In this document: in pieces, positions 1 to 12,687 of the stretch
Position numbering within the stretch: the first letter of the stretch is position 1
Layout of the letters: each line of letters opens with the position of its first letter
Position numbers and translations under genes: made by a program
DNA from: Sporopachydermia quercuum
Lineage: Eukaryota
Reading direction: 5' to 3'
Assembly: GCA_001599295.1 (NCBI GenBank)
Contig: BCGN01000002.1
Span: forward strand, 1,116,001 to 1,180,000
DNA length: 64,000 bases
The notes under the pieces: model-generated
What the model saw: only the letters and a program-made list of their open reading frames with translations
Databases searched by the model: none
What the model was told of the DNA's origin: nothing

Positions 1-2571
1 CTCGATTTCATTCTGATTTCTCGTTTCTCTATCCAAGTCTTTATTTTTCGATCCAAATTCCATTTTCACTTTCACATCTTCACCTTTTGTTTCAGCTTCA
101 GCCTCTTTCTTTGCTTCAACTACGTTACTATCACCATTTTCTGTCTTACCCTTTTTGGCCTTCTTTNGCTTCTTCTCCTTTGGCTTGAAATCATGCTTCA
201 AACTGTCAATCAAACCATTCATTTCAGGATCTTCAAATCCATGCAATAACAGGAACGATATAAGGATTTCGTGGTTGTTTAAAACCTCACCAATAGCGTC
301 CTTTGGTAAAATGTATCTATTAACAGGATTTTCATTGAATTCAAATACTATTGTTGAACCAAGAATGATTCTTTCAGTATGCTGAGATTGTAGACTAGTA
401 TCTTTTGCCTTTGGCACAGCTTTCCTTCTTGGTTTCTTCTCACTAGGTAGTTTAGTAGGCTTTTTAGTAGAATTGCTTTTTGGTGACGGTCGGTCTTTAC
501 TAGCACAGGAAGCAGTCGTTGAGAGTGTGGATTTTATTCGTTTAACAGTCTTTTGCCCTTGAGTGTCAGTCGTACTGTTATCTCGTTTAATTGGTATACC
601 TTTTGGAGCTAGAATCATACCAGGCTGAAAAGTTGGAGATCCTAACGGTTTAGCAGTAATTGGAGCTGGTTGTTGCTTAAGTATTGGTTTATCGACAGGC
701 TTACTTTGTATGTTTGATGGTTTGCTGCCAGCAGGTGATACAGCCATTGGTTGAGATTTCCTTTGATTATTTGGCGGCAAAGTACCATTACCTCTGTAGC
801 CTTGATAACCCATACTTTTGGCCCTACTGATATAACCTTGAAATCTCACGATTTGTTCCTGTGAAGCCTTTCCCGAGGCTACTATCTTCATGAGGGTGTT
901 TAAGCTAGGATCAACTCTTGCAATTGCGTTTAGGTTAGCAATCATCATATGGTTTTCTGGAGATTTAATGGACTCATCAGCAGCTTTACGAGCTACTAGT
1001 TTCTGTTTCTGAGGTTTGGAGGGAATAACGGTACTGCGGGGGCTGGGAACTGGAGCTGGGGTTGTAGAAGAGGGAGCACCATTAGAAGCAGTAGGCACAG
1101 ATGTAGAACGCGCAAGATTCGGCTTAGCCACTGTATCTGCAGCTGGTTTCATGGGTGTAACAGTATCACTTTTAGCATCAGCAGTAGGACTACTTGTTGT
1201 TTCAGCCTTATTATCATGTGTCTTACTAGCATCAGATCCAGATCCAGATCCAGCAGAACTTACTTCTGAATTTTCAATTTTCTTCTCAAGTGCTGAATCT
1301 TTCTCATGGGTACTTGGAAATACCTTCTCATCAACCGCCAAATTCTTGTTGTTCGCCTGACCTAAATCAGAGCTTCCCTTAAGAGTAGCAGTTGATTGGN
1401 GGTAATTGCCTTGGTCCTTTCTTGGTTCATTAATATTTTCCAGCGTTAGCAATGAAGAAGTGTTATTATTATTATTACTAGAAGAGGCTTTTGATGAGAG
1501 TTGATAGGATGAATTGTCTTCAGTAGTACCTGATGCTCTTTCTGCTGCTTTGGCAGAGTTTGGGTCAGCTGTAACGTTGTCACCAGCAGGTTTGCTTATG
1601 GTTTCTGTTGAGTCTTTTACTGCGTTCTCATTTCCAGGATAAGTATTGCTGTTATTGTTGGTNTTCTCCTGCTTGCCACCATCCTTGATAGCTTCTTTAC
1701 TACTAATACTACTATCAGTCGAAGCATCATCAGATTTCTTTATTTCTATTTCCCCGGTATCGCCACTGGCAGTAGCAGTCCGGCTCACTGTACCAGATTC
1801 TGAGAGTTCAGGGCTCTTTTCCAACGCTTCGTTCTTCACTGGTTGTGCTGGTTCAGATTTAGCCACCACAATCTCTCTTCCTAGAGGACTCTGCTGAAAG
1901 ACGGTTGTTTGAATAGCAGCTTTTGATGCCGTATGGTCTTTCCTTTCTAATTTCTGCAGCTCCTCCAACGGTTTTATAGTACCCGATTCAATACATTTCC
2001 TTATACTATCGCTTATGATTTCTCGAACTATTTTCCCTTCAGTATCAACAATTGCTTTCCGCTTGTTTCTCAACGTCTTCAGTTTATATATCGAAACTCT
2101 TCTGGGATCATCGTCCTTCACAGCAAATAACTTTACATCAAAAATATGAGGACCAATTGTAAGCTTACACTCACATAGTTTATTCATTCGCTCTCTGGCG
2201 TTAAATCCACCTTCCGGTAGCTTTCTTCCTCTAGGTGGTCGAGTCCAAAATGTCTGAAACATACTTCCTGATGTCCAAATGTATCGTGAATATATTAAAG
2301 AAGCAAATAGCACGTAAGAATCCTTTACTGAAAAAGGATTCTTCAACAGCTTAATATCAGGGGTTTCACTTGATACGGGAAATCCATCATGAGCTCTATA
2401 AGGTATTGTAAGATCTTTCACCTCATCCTCTTCAGTATTTGCATGTTTTTCTTGCTGCTGTTGTAACGTTCTTTTAGTTTTAACAGCATTCCTTCTCATC
2501 CATTTGCTGGATGATGCATTTCTGCCACCTATCTTCGTTTTGGTATGTCTAGAAGATCTACTTGGTGCCAT
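1..2571 (-). CDS. SWC3: SWR1 chromatin-remodelling complex subunit Swc3-like, 3'-partial (runs off window start; absent from ORF track)
   Basis: ATG at 2571; reading frame appears open to position 1. Motifs NPFSVKDSYVLFASLIYSRYIWTSGSMF, RERMNKLCECKLTIGPHIFDVKLF, PENHMMIANLNAIARVDPSLNTLMKIVASG and IVFEFNENPVNRYILPK resemble fungal Swc3. Confidence 0.75.
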   Translation of the reverse strand, partial: MAPSRSSRHTKTKIGGRNASSSKWMRRNAVKTKRTLQQQQEKHANTEEDEVKDLTIPYRAHDGFPVSSETPDIKLLKNPFSVKDSYVLFASLIYSRYIWTSGSMFQTFWTRPPRGRKLPEGGFNARERMNKLCECKLTIGPHIFDVKLFAVKDDDPRRVSIYKLKTLRNKRKAIVDTEGKIVREIISDSIRKCIESGTIKPLEELQKLERKDHTASKAAIQTTVFQQSPLGREIVVAKSEPAQPVKNEALEKSPELSESGTVSRTATASGDTGEIEIKKSDDASTDSSISSKEAIKDGGKQEXTNNNSNTYPGNENAVKDSTETISKPAGDNVTADPNSAKAAERASGTTEDNSSYQLSSKASSSNNNNNTSSLLTLENINEPRKDQGNYXQSTATLKGSSDLGQANNKNLAVDEKVFPSTHEKDSALEKKIENSEVSSAGSGSGSDASKTHDNKAETTSSPTADAKSDTVTPMKPAADTVAKPNLARSTSVPTASNGAPSSTTPAPVPSPRSTVIPSKPQKQKLVARKAADESIKSPENHMMIANLNAIARVDPSLNTLMKIVASGKASQEQIVRFQGYISRAKSMGYQGYRGNGTLPPNNQRKSQPMAVSPAGSKPSNIQSKPVDKPILKQQPAPITAKPLGSPTFQPGMILAPKGIPIKRDNSTTDTQGQKTVKRIKSTLSTTASCASKDRPSPKSNSTKKPTKLPSEKKPRRKAVPKAKDTSLQSQHTERIILGSTIVFEFNENPVNRYILPKDAIGEVLNNHEILISFLLLHGFEDPEMNGLIDSLKHDFKPKEKKXKKAKKGKTENGDSNVVEAKKEAEAETKGEDVKVKMEFGSKNKDLDRETRNQNEIE

Positions 2572-2955
2572 TATTGTCAACTAGGCCTGTTCCATTACAA
2601 CCTGAGATCAACAGTAGGTACAATAGTGTCTTCGAATAATGTCCAGTCAACAACACAATGACAACTGCTGTAATCTGCAATCAAGTGCCGGCTACTATTA
2701 GAAGTATTGATATCTAATCTTTTTTTACAAATTATGAGCTCAATACTATCTACAAATGACTTTAAACGAGCATCAAACCAGCTTCCTATCACCTCATTGT
2801 TTTATTTGTTGCGAAGTGATATCTGAACAGACTCCTCTTTACCTAAGAGACTGTCAACTTACACGATAAAGGCAAGTTTTACGGGTACTGAGCAGAAATC
2901 GGAGAAGATGGAATTGTTTATAAGTACGGAAATAATTACATGAAAACCGGAAACC

Positions 2956-3034
2956 CACGAAAGTCATCCTTTTATCTTTTTATTGATTACAAAATCAACA
3001 ATGATTATTGATTTCATGAGACACCCTGACGCGT
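2956..3034. promoter_or_regulatory. SCB (CACGAAA 2956-2962) and MCB (ACGCGT 3029-3034) G1/S elements in the SWC3/SMC5 divergent promoter
   Basis: Exact consensus matches upstream of SMC5, a plausible G1/S-regulated gene. Confidence 0.45.
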
Positions 3035-3286
3035 AACATGGAATGGCGCATTATGTCGCATCTACAACAATAAGCCACAATGATACAAATATTAAAAGAT
3101 AAAGCCAGAGAGGAATCCAGAGAAGAAGCCAGAGAGTTCTTTTGTTCCCTTAGTTCACCCAGATCTTTGAATGTATATAGAAACAAGTTCCAAATATGAA
3201 TAGCTGCCCTTGGATCTGTTAGGTTCAGTTTTATGTTACCTGTTTCCTTCACTTGTTTTCTATAGAACATGAAGTAGGTGCATACA

Positions 3287-6200
3287 ATGACGGATATAGG
3301 ATCAAGATTAGGAACCGGGCTAGCACTGNTGGAGGTGGAGTCTTCAAAGTTCGAAATTGACGGGGGAATCAGGAAGAAAGCTAGAGTTGATCTATGTACT
3401 GGCGAAAGAGATTTCTCTGAGTTCNCACCTGGTTCAATTATCTCCATTCAAGTTAGAAACTTCATTACTTTCGCATTTGCAGAGTTTCACATGGGTCCAG
3501 CTTTAAACTTGGTGATTGGGCCAAATGGTACGGGAAAATCAACCTTGGTTTCTGCTATTTGTCTAGGTTTAGGAGGACGTCCAGAACTAATCGGCAGACA
3601 GAAGAACCTGGGGGAATTTGTGAAGAATGGTGAAACCAGCGGTTGGATTAAGATCAAATTACAGAATCTCGATAGGAGCAGACCTTTAATCATTGAAAGA
3701 GTGTTGACTACTTCTAATAACAGCAGTGATTGGAAAATCGACAACCGTAGTGCAAAATACTCTGAGATAAAGGCAATTTTGCAGAAATTGAATGTTCAAG
3801 TTGATAACCTGTGCCAGTTTCTTCCTCAAGACAAGGTAGTTGAATTTGCTCAGATGAAGCCTGAGAAGCTTCTGAGGGAAACTGAAAGGGCTGTTGGCTC
3901 AGCCGAATTGTTAGACCAACACGATCAACTTATCAAATTTGACAAAGAAGTGGAATCATTGAACAGTACTATTGAAACGTCTGATGATACTTTAGATGAA
4001 CTGTTACAGCTGCAAAGAGATACCGAAGAAAGAGTATCTAAACACGTGGAATCTATAAGAATTAAGAAACAGGTGTCTTTATTTGAGAAAGTATTGCAAT
4101 ATGCTATAGTCAATGACTTCAGAACTGAATACACCGAACATAAAGATAGATATAGTCGTTCCAAGAAGATTGTGGAAACACTTGCAACCAAGTATAAAGT
4201 AATCGAGGATGCTGAGTTATTAGCTGAAAGCAGAAGAAAGAAAGCTGAAGTAGTTCAAAAGAAAAGAATCGCCAAAGTCTCAACCGTGAAAGAACTAATC
4301 AGAACATTGACATCAAGAATCCAAATCGTTGATCATGAAATTGCTGGTCTAAGAGGTAAATCCAAAGCTATTCGAGCGGCTAAAGAGAAACGTATAAGTA
4401 ATCTGAAAAGCGCTCAGGAAGATCTGCAGAAATTGAAGCAAATGAATTACAGTTTCACTGAGGAAGAAAACGAAGAATTAAACGCTCTGAATCTTCAGAT
4501 CTTAGAATTCAACAAACAAGAACAAGATATACAGAACAAAGTGTCAAATCTTCAGAGTGATATAAGGAATTTGGAACAGCAAGGTAAAAGAACCAAGCAT
4601 TTAATACAGGCAAGGGAGAGTGATTTAGAGAAAGATGATAGATCTGAAGTTTTAGCAGGAATCAAAGGGAAACTTTCAGAAAACGTTCAAAGAGCTATAC
4701 CATTCATCCGTAGCCGTAGAAATGAATGGAATAATAACATATACGATCCACCTGTTGTTTCTATAAATTTGAAGGATACTCGATATGCTGGTGCTATTGA
4801 AGCAGTCATTAGTCTAATCAATTTCATGACATTCACAACAGTTGATCGTGGCTCTTACTTGAAAATATGTGAAGAAGTCTTAGACAGACAGAATATGAAT
4901 GTTCCTATAAAAGATTACTCCAACTCGAAACAATCTAAACTGTCAGATTTAACTGCTCCTTTAATTAGTAAATCTGAACTCACAAAATATGGTTTTGATG
5001 GATATGCTATTGATTTCATTACTGGTCCAGAGCCTGTTCTGCATATGCTCTGTATGGAAAATCGTATAAATAATGTTCCTGTATCATTGGAACCTTTGAA
5101 TGATAGACAAGTTAACCAGGTAGTGAATCTTAAAGATGCCAATGGTAGTCCTCTATTCAATAGATTTATCTCCGGTCATACTATGTATACTGTTAGAAGA
5201 TCTCGATATGGTTTAAAAGAAGTATTTATTCAAACTGAAGACGTGAAACCTCCTAGAATTCTTGCATCTTCTGCTACAGCTATCAATCGTGAAAGAATAA
5301 CTACTAAGATTGAAGAGTTCAAGAAAGATCTTTCTACAATTGAAATGAAGCATAGAGAAGTTGCTTCTGAACTAAACGTGCTTAAAGACTCTTCTCGTAA
5401 GATTCAACATGAGAAAACTACTATACTGGATAAACGAAAGAAGCTCAATGATAAAAAGTCGTTAACCCATAGATGGAAGCAAAATATGAGGAAGAAGAAA
5501 GAACAAATCAGTGTTTTAGAACATGAAGTGGAAACTGATAATATCGATGCTGTAAAGCAAGCGGAGACAGATATTAATAGCCATTTGATTGATAGAACAA
5601 AACTTGTTGTCAATTTAACTGAACAATGTGAAAATTTATACCCATTAACAATTAAGTTATCAATATCCAATTTTGATGTCATTGGTACCAAATCTGATCA
5701 TGATACTATAAGGAAATATAGAAAGTTGTTTGAAGCTGCCAGACAAAAGCACGTCGATGAAAATCATGAATTGAAGGCCAAACTACTGGAAATGAAACAG
5801 AAATTGAAGGTAATGGCTACTAACTGTAAAGAAATCAGAGCGGAATTGGAACCTGAAGAGGTCGAGGCACTAGAAAATGCCATTACCGATTATTCAGACA
5901 AGGGGGAACTCACGGCAACTGTAATTGAACATGAATTGAGAAAGCTGAAGAGTGATTTAGAGCTGAATGGCAGTGGTTCAGAAGACGATATCGCTGTATT
6001 TGAACAAAGGCAAGAAGAAATTGAGAAACTGCAGCAGAAAAAAAATAATTTGAATAACGAAAGGCAACAGCTAGAAGAGAGAATATCTGGAATCAGAGAC
6101 CGTTGGCTACCTGAGTTAGAACGTCTGGTGGAAACGATATCGTCAAGGTTCTCTGAGTCGTTTGCAGCAGTTGGAAGTGCAGGAGAAGTTCAGCTAGTTA

Positions 6201-6607
6201 AATCTCAGTATTTTAGAGACTGGAGGCTTGAGATTCTAGTGAAATTCCGCGATGCTGCAGAACTGAGAATGCTTGATTCTTGTTTTCAATCCGGTGGTGA
6301 AAGAGCTGTTTCTACGGTTTTTTTTATCATTGCTTTACAGGGATTATCGCAAGCTCCATTCAGAGTCATTGACGAGATCAACCAAGGTATGGATCCAAAG
6401 AATGAACGTATTGTTCATAAGCATTTAGTTAATACCGCATGTATGGAAAACAGCTCGCAGTATTTCTTAATTTCTCCTAAGCTATTGCAGGATTTACATT
6501 ATGATCCGAAGATGGAAATCATTTGTATTTTTGCAGGATTATATATTCCCGATCCTGTAAGTGATAATACTATGGCTAAGGTGGCGGATCTGACAAATTA
6601 TATGTAA
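3287..6607 (+). CDS. SMC5: Structural maintenance of chromosomes protein 5
   Basis: Walker A GPNGTGKST, DNLCQFLPQD, long coiled coils, signature QSGGERAVST, Walker B FRVIDEINQGMD. First in-frame ATG is at 3287. Confidence 0.96.
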   Translation: MTDIGSRLGTGLALXEVESSKFEIDGGIRKKARVDLCTGERDFSEFXPGSIISIQVRNFITFAFAEFHMGPALNLVIGPNGTGKSTLVSAICLGLGGRPELIGRQKNLGEFVKNGETSGWIKIKLQNLDRSRPLIIERVLTTSNNSSDWKIDNRSAKYSEIKAILQKLNVQVDNLCQFLPQDKVVEFAQMKPEKLLRETERAVGSAELLDQHDQLIKFDKEVESLNSTIETSDDTLDELLQLQRDTEERVSKHVESIRIKKQVSLFEKVLQYAIVNDFRTEYTEHKDRYSRSKKIVETLATKYKVIEDAELLAESRRKKAEVVQKKRIAKVSTVKELIRTLTSRIQIVDHEIAGLRGKSKAIRAAKEKRISNLKSAQEDLQKLKQMNYSFTEEENEELNALNLQILEFNKQEQDIQNKVSNLQSDIRNLEQQGKRTKHLIQARESDLEKDDRSEVLAGIKGKLSENVQRAIPFIRSRRNEWNNNIYDPPVVSINLKDTRYAGAIEAVISLINFMTFTTVDRGSYLKICEEVLDRQNMNVPIKDYSNSKQSKLSDLTAPLISKSELTKYGFDGYAIDFITGPEPVLHMLCMENRINNVPVSLEPLNDRQVNQVVNLKDANGSPLFNRFISGHTMYTVRRSRYGLKEVFIQTEDVKPPRILASSATAINRERITTKIEEFKKDLSTIEMKHREVASELNVLKDSSRKIQHEKTTILDKRKKLNDKKSLTHRWKQNMRKKKEQISVLEHEVETDNIDAVKQAETDINSHLIDRTKLVVNLTEQCENLYPLTIKLSISNFDVIGTKSDHDTIRKYRKLFEAARQKHVDENHELKAKLLEMKQKLKVMATNCKEIRAELEPEEVEALENAITDYSDKGELTATVIEHELRKLKSDLELNGSGSEDDIAVFEQRQEEIEKLQQKKNNLNNERQQLEERISGIRDRWLPELERLVETISSRFSESFAAVGSAGEVQLVKSQYFRDWRLEILVKFRDAAELRMLDSCFQSGGERAVSTVFFIIALQGLSQAPFRVIDEINQGMDPKNERIVHKHLVNTACMENSSQYFLISPKLLQDLHYDPKMEIICIFAGLYIPDPVSDNTMAKVADLTNYM

Positions 6608-6771
6608 CTATACGTAGCATAGGTAGTATAACTTGCATAGATAATCTGTATAATAAGAAAGCGTGGTTTTCTGGATTTACAGAATTTGTATCTCGTATTT
6701 TATATTTGGTCCAATTTCTTATTTACATGATGTTTAGATTTATATCCGAATTTTATCTATGAGATGGAAGC

Positions 6772-8448
6772 TTATAATTCCTGTTCAAGACGTTCAATCC
6801 CGCTGTTTAACCGTTCTAATGTATCTCTAGTTTCCAGCAAACCGTACAGTACTGGCAATTTGGTACCAGGTATGCTCCCGCTCAGTGCAAATCGTAATGT
6901 CTCAAATATAGGTTTTTTCTTGATGTCCAAATCTTTAGCAACTTTGTTTAGCAGTTGATTGAAATGAGAAGGGTCTCCTTTTGATGGTAAATTATTGATA
7001 AATTCGTTCAGAATTCTAATGGAAGTGTTAACTGAGTTGCTCTCCCTCAACTGCTTAATAAATGCAACTGACTCTTCATTGGTATAATCACAAGGTTCAA
7101 AGAAATAGCCAGCAACTTGTTTGAAATCGTTGATACTGCTNAAAGAAGCACCAACTATTTTCAGGACATCCGCAACATAATTCTCAGAGTATTTATTTCC
7201 ATATGCAGTAGTTATTTGATTATAGCATTGGTCAAATAAAGAGGAATAGGTTTCTGGGTTGTTCAAACGTTCAGTAAGAAAATGCTTATTGAAAAAGAAC
7301 AACTTTTTATCGTCGACTTTTGCATTTCCTTTAGTTAAATCATCAACAGAAAACAATTTCTCTAACTGTTCTAAATGAAATACTTCTGACAATTCAGAAT
7401 CAGTTCTTCTTGGTGACCAACCGAACAATGCAACGAAATTTATCACAGCTTCAGGCAAAAAACCTTTATCTCTCATGCTTAAAATGCCAATATCTCCGGA
7501 TCGTTTACTTAGTTTCTTATCTGCATCGACTGAAGTAAGAAGAGGAATATGTACAAATTCAGGTTCTCTCCAGCCAAATGCTCTGTACAAAGCAATATGC
7601 TTGGGTGTAGATGGTAGCCATTCTTCACCTCTTACAACGTGAGTGATTCCCATTAAATGATCATCTACAACATTAGCAAAATGATATGTCGGTAATCCAT
7701 CTGATTTCATAAGTACTATATCATCATATCTCACATCGTTATGATTGACTTGTACTTGATGATTAATTCTTCCATGTAGAAGATCTGTGAACTCAGGGTA
7801 AAGTTTAGGAGCCCGGAATCTGATTGTAAACGAATCTCCGTGATCAACTTTGGCCGAGACATCTTCCTTTAATATTTCATAACAGTGTCTATCATATGAA
7901 GCTGTAGTTGGGGGATGTAGTTTTAGTGCAGACTCCTTCAGTTCTTTTAATCTTGCTTTAGAACAAAAGCATCTATATGCATGTCCTGACTGTAGCAAAA
8001 TCTCAATGTACTTTTTATAAATATCCTTTCTTTCGCTTTGTCTATAAGGAGCAAATGGGCCTNCTTCTTTGGGACCCTCATCAATTTTCAACCCACACCA
8101 TGCTAATGTCTCGTAAATATTCTCTTCAGCACCTTGGACTAATCTTTTTTGATCTGTATCTTCCAACCGCAGTAAGAATTGACCTCCAGTGCTTTTAGCT
8201 AGTAAATAGTTATATAAAGCTGTTCTCAATGATCCNAGATGAAGAAATCCTGTTGGCGATGGAGCAAATCGAGTTCTAACTGGAGTTATTGGTTGTTTGA
8301 TTGAGTTTGTTTTTACATTTAAGTTCAAAGCTGGTTTCTTTTTCCCATTGAACGACAGCCTTTTCGTAGTGTTTAGTTCAGCTTTAAGAGCACTTTTACT
8401 AGTAAAAGACCGACATTTCGTCTTTATTGGACTTCTTTCTACTAACAT
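6772..8448 (-). CDS. MSE1: Mitochondrial glutamyl-tRNA synthetase
   Basis: [15 protein letters not shown] (HIGH-like), [21 protein letters not shown], and a basic N-terminal presequence. Start is uncertain: ATG 8448 chosen, with in-frame ATGs at 8487 and 8502. Confidence 0.93.
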   Translation of the reverse strand: MLVERSPIKTKCRSFTSKSALKAELNTTKRLSFNGKKKPALNLNVKTNSIKQPITPVRTRFAPSPTGFLHXGSLRTALYNYLLAKSTGGQFLLRLEDTDQKRLVQGAEENIYETLAWCGLKIDEGPKEXGPFAPYRQSERKDIYKKYIEILLQSGHAYRCFCSKARLKELKESALKLHPPTTASYDRHCYEILKEDVSAKVDHGDSFTIRFRAPKLYPEFTDLLHGRINHQVQVNHNDVRYDDIVLMKSDGLPTYHFANVVDDHLMGITHVVRGEEWLPSTPKHIALYRAFGWREPEFVHIPLLTSVDADKKLSKRSGDIGILSMRDKGFLPEAVINFVALFGWSPRRTDSELSEVFHLEQLEKLFSVDDLTKGNAKVDDKKLFFFNKHFLTERLNNPETYSSLFDQCYNQITTAYGNKYSENYVADVLKIVGASXSSINDFKQVAGYFFEPCDYTNEESVAFIKQLRESNSVNTSIRILNEFINNLPSKGDPSHFNQLLNKVAKDLDIKKKPIFETLRFALSGSIPGTKLPVLYGLLETRDTLERLNSGIERLEQEL

Positions 8449-9128
8449 GAGTCCTCTCGCACTCCAATGCACTCCTGGTTTATACATTTTTTTTTTCTTC
8501 ATGAATTGTACCACCCAATACTCAATTTGATAGCATAACTTCGCAAACTTCTACAACCGTTCACCAGACTACTGCTACAGGAGCATAACTAGGCAATGCC
8601 GCATCCTCTATGTATTATATCCATGGGAACTCCCAGTATAGAATCACTGATGTTCTCATAGAACACACATATTGCTTTTTCTTCGCTGAATGATCCATCA
8701 ACACACAAATACGAAGAAGCGAAAAATGAATGTCCCAAATCAAGTGCCTGTATTGCATCTGCCATGTTAAAGTTTAAGGTTTATGTAATTTGATATAAGG
8801 TTTGTACAAGTGAAATTAGCAATTAGTCCCGAAGATTGCGATCGGGTTATCCTCAATTGATAGCATAAACGATTAGAGAAAAAGAGTGCTTATATGATTA
8901 GTATTGAAGAGCTGAGTAACGGATTAATACCTTAACGTTCTAAGAACTGCAGTTTATACAAGATATGTGGAAAAACAATGGACCTTGATTTCTGTAGTTC
9001 TAGTTAATTGATAGTATGAGGTAATGGGGATAGAGTAAATCGACACATCCCTTGTAGTGAATGATAGTCAAACAATAGGATACCAGTGGGATTATATTTG
9101 TTAATTTTGATATAGATAGCATTTGGGA

Positions 9129-10589
9129 ATGTCGGTATTCAGAGCGCCTGGTGTGCTGAGAAAATTCTCAACATCAGCGAAATTAAATGCCGATTATTCA
9201 CATGTGGTGATTGGAGCTGGTGTAGTTGGTTTAGCAATCGCTGCTAAGTTAGCTCAAAGACCAGGAACAGACGTGTTGCTACTAGAAAGGCATTTGGAAC
9301 CAGGAACAGAAACTTCAGCTAGAAATTCTGAGGTAATTCATGCTGGCCTTTATTTTCCACCAGAAAGTCTGAGAACCAAATTATGCATAAGAGGAAAAGA
9401 GCTACTTTATACAACTGCAAAGCAAGCAGGTGTAGAAATGAGGAAATGTGGTAAGTATGGTATTCTACAAGAACATACAGTGTGAACAGGATTTGATATN
9501 GGATATTAATTTGGAATACTAACACTAATGTATGCTAAGGGAAATGGATTGTTGCACAAAATGAAAGTGAGCATGAATATCTGGAGAAAATGTACCATAG
9601 GGTGAAAGCTCTTGATGTAAGTTAAAGAAGTTGAGGCAAAGAGAACAATTAGGATATAACGATTTCAAAGAATTTTCTCCCAGATTATTAACAAAATAAA
9701 TGTTTTTACAAGCAGATTCCGATTGACTTTGTTCCTTTAGATGAAGCTAAAGAAATTGAACCATTCATTCAAGCGAATGCTGCCATACTCAACTCTCCTT
9801 CTACCGGGATAATTTCAGCTCATTCACTTATGAATTATCTTCAAGCCCTTGTACAGGATAACGAAGGAGACATTGCAATAGGAACTGAAGTGGTTGGTAT
9901 TGAAAAAAACGGTAACGAATATTTACTGTCTACTAAATCCACTATATCCAACGAGGAAACCGAAATATCAGCAGAGCATGTTATTAATTCTGCTGGCCAC
10001 GGTGCACCTAAAATAGCTAATATGATATTGCCCCCAGATCAGCATGTAACGGCATACTATGCTAAAGGTAATTACTTTTCTTACGCCTCACACGATATCA
10101 AAGTGAATCGCTTGATTTATCCTTGCCCAAACTATGCATCATTAGGTACTCATTTGACAATTGATTTGGATGGAAAGATTAAATTCGGTCCTGATTTACA
10201 ATGGGTAAGTTAATCATTTGTTTGCGAAGTACTATTTTTTATTGATATGCTCATTGGTATTGGTTGTTGATTCATACTAATACAATAATATGTATGATTA
10301 GGTTGACGATCCTAATGATTTATCACCATCTACCGAAAACCTTTATTCCGCTTACGAAGCAGTAAAGCGTTATATTCCATCTATAAAACCTGGCGATTTA
10401 ATTCCTGACTATGCTGGTATCAGACCTAAAATCGTTGACCAGAACTTCAAAGATTTCCAAGATTTTATCGTAAGAAGAGAAACAGCCGTGGGGCATGAGA
10501 ATTTCGTTAATTTGCTAAGCATAGAGAGTCCTGGTTTAACATCATCAATGGCCATTGGCGAATATGTTGATGGCCTACTTCACAACTAA
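9129..10589 (+). CDS. FAD-dependent oxidoreductase, L-2-hydroxyglutarate dehydrogenase-like, mitochondrial; exons 9129-9450, 9540-9616, 9716-10204, 10302-10589
   Basis: GAGVVG FAD motif, TSARNSEVIHAG, KGNYF, LGTHLT, YAGIRPK, IESPGLTSS. Three GTAAGT...AG introns restore the frame. Confidence 0.88.
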
Positions 10590-10698
10590 AACTGTAAACT
10601 TCCAACAATTATAGAAAGGAAAGAAATCCCAGAAAAGATCGATCGAGTCGTCTTGTTCATTATAATACATTTCACTTGTTTTCATTCATCAAATATAC

Positions 10699-12173
10699 TT
10701 ATTGTTTCTGCTTTTTTGCCTGTAATTTTTCACGTTTCCTTTTCTCTTCTTCCAAACGTTTCCGTTTCACTTCTCTAATCATTTTCCTCTTTTCTCGTTC
10801 TTTTAAAGAAATTTCCAAATCATATTCAACTCCGCTTTTCTTTGGTAAGTCTTCCGGTCGAGTAGGTCGTGGGAAATCCGTGAAGTATTTAGATTTCAAT
10901 GCCTGTTCTGCATTAAGTCTTTTATTAGGGTCAAGAGCAGTTAAGCTTTCCATTAGATCTAGTGCTTCAGATGTTGCTGCAGAAAATCTAGCTTTCAATT
11001 CCTGTCTGGTTGGTTGTGGNTATACTTTGACTTCAGTATAATTGGGTAAGCTACTAACATTAGGCCATATCTTTTCAGTTGGAGTTCCAAGAGCTTGGAA
11101 GGTAATATTCAATTGGTCAGCATCATCTTTCCCAGGTAAATAAGGAGTACGCAACATTAACTCTGCAAAAATTATTCCAACAGACCAAATATCTATAGCA
11201 GTTGTATAATGATTGGATCCAAATAATAATTCTGGTGCTCTATACCATCTTGTGACAACGTTTGATGTCATTATATCTCTTGGCGATATTAATGAACGAG
11301 CCAAACCAAAATCTCCAATTTTCAGTTCGCCAGTTGTAGATAGCAACAAATTGCTTGGTTTCAAATCCTAAAGAAATTCTGTTAGTCGTTTTGAAGATCA
11401 AAATTGGTAGGAGACCAATAATTAATGGAGAGCATTTCAACTCCCAGCTTTTTCTAATACAACGTTGATACAGTAATTATTATTCCATGACTAATAATGA
11501 ACCATGTTTCCAACTCTCATGTTTCTTCGATAGTACAACTTACCCTATGGAGAATGAAATGTCTATGACAATGATGAACACCTCTAAGGGTCATTAACAT
11601 CCATGATTTAACATCTGCTGCGCTGAATATTATCGTTTTATCTTTAATCAGCATTTCCAAGTCGGCTGGGAGATACTCTAACACCAAATTGAGATTTTGT
11701 TCTGTTGAAAATACATCTATTAGCTATGAAGTGAATAATAAATATGTTAATAAGAATCCAATCTATTATCAAACCTCTCGAACCAGTTTCTAAGACTGCA
11801 GGTACTATATGATCACCTGTTTTCAATTAAATAGCAGCATACCTCGATCACGTTCTCATGATCAATTTCCTGTAAAAACTTCACTTCTCTGATGGCTGAC
11901 ATGTCTAACCCATCTTTGAATTGACCTGTTTTGATCTCTTTGATGGCAACATTTCTTCCAGTTTTGATTTGACTACCAAGATACACAACAGCGTAAGTAC
12001 CTTCACCTACTTTCCTCTCTGAATGATTTAAGCGTTAGAACAGAAATCAAATCAATTTATACTTATCGGAGCTGTAAGNAATAAAAAAAAAGTTAACGAG
12101 AGACGTCTGGTCCCCCGAAAAACAACATACCCTTGGTATATCTTACTGTGGCTGTTGTGTGTATAACAGTCAT
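10699..12173 (-). CDS. KIN28: TFIIH CTD kinase Kin28/CDK7; exons 12173-12131, 12018-11843, 11723-11544, 11367-10699
   Basis: VGEGTYAVVY, DGLDMSAIREVKFLQE, HRDLKPSNLL, DFG, MTSNVVTRWYRAPELLFG after removing three canonical introns. Confidence 0.93.
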
Positions 12174-12687
12174 GATTGATGTTCCATGTGCTTGTAGTGT
12201 AATATCGCAGCTTAATGTTCTACAGCAGCAATCACAGTGATTTCAAGAATGAAAACCAGAAGAATCCTTAACATACAGCTCATTAATAAATCCATAAGAA
12301 TGTAGCTATCTAACAACTAATATTATCATCAATACATTATGTCAGTAATGATTAATGTCATGGTAAACTATTCTTTTATCACATAACTGAACAAAATTGC
12401 CTTTTATAAATTAAGTTATTGATATTGCATAAAGATGCATAAACTCAATGCCTCAAAACTTTATTTCAACTTCTATCGGAGATTATACAATGCATATTGT
12501 CTCCGTAATTCATAATAGAAAAGGACCATTTTGATCTTGAGACATCGGGTCAGTTATGAAATATTTGGAAATCTATTTCTTTGATGATACTTAAAGGAAT
12601 AAGTTATCCCAAAGTTTACTAATGCTGATAGGTGATTGTCGATAAGCATTATAGAGGATCTGGTTATTACCTTCGTCTGCGATAACC

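Noticed and set aside
155..1897. Short + strand ORFs (155-385, 1016-1360, 1646-1897)
   Set aside because: Antisense shadows of the long minus-strand SWC3 reading frame.
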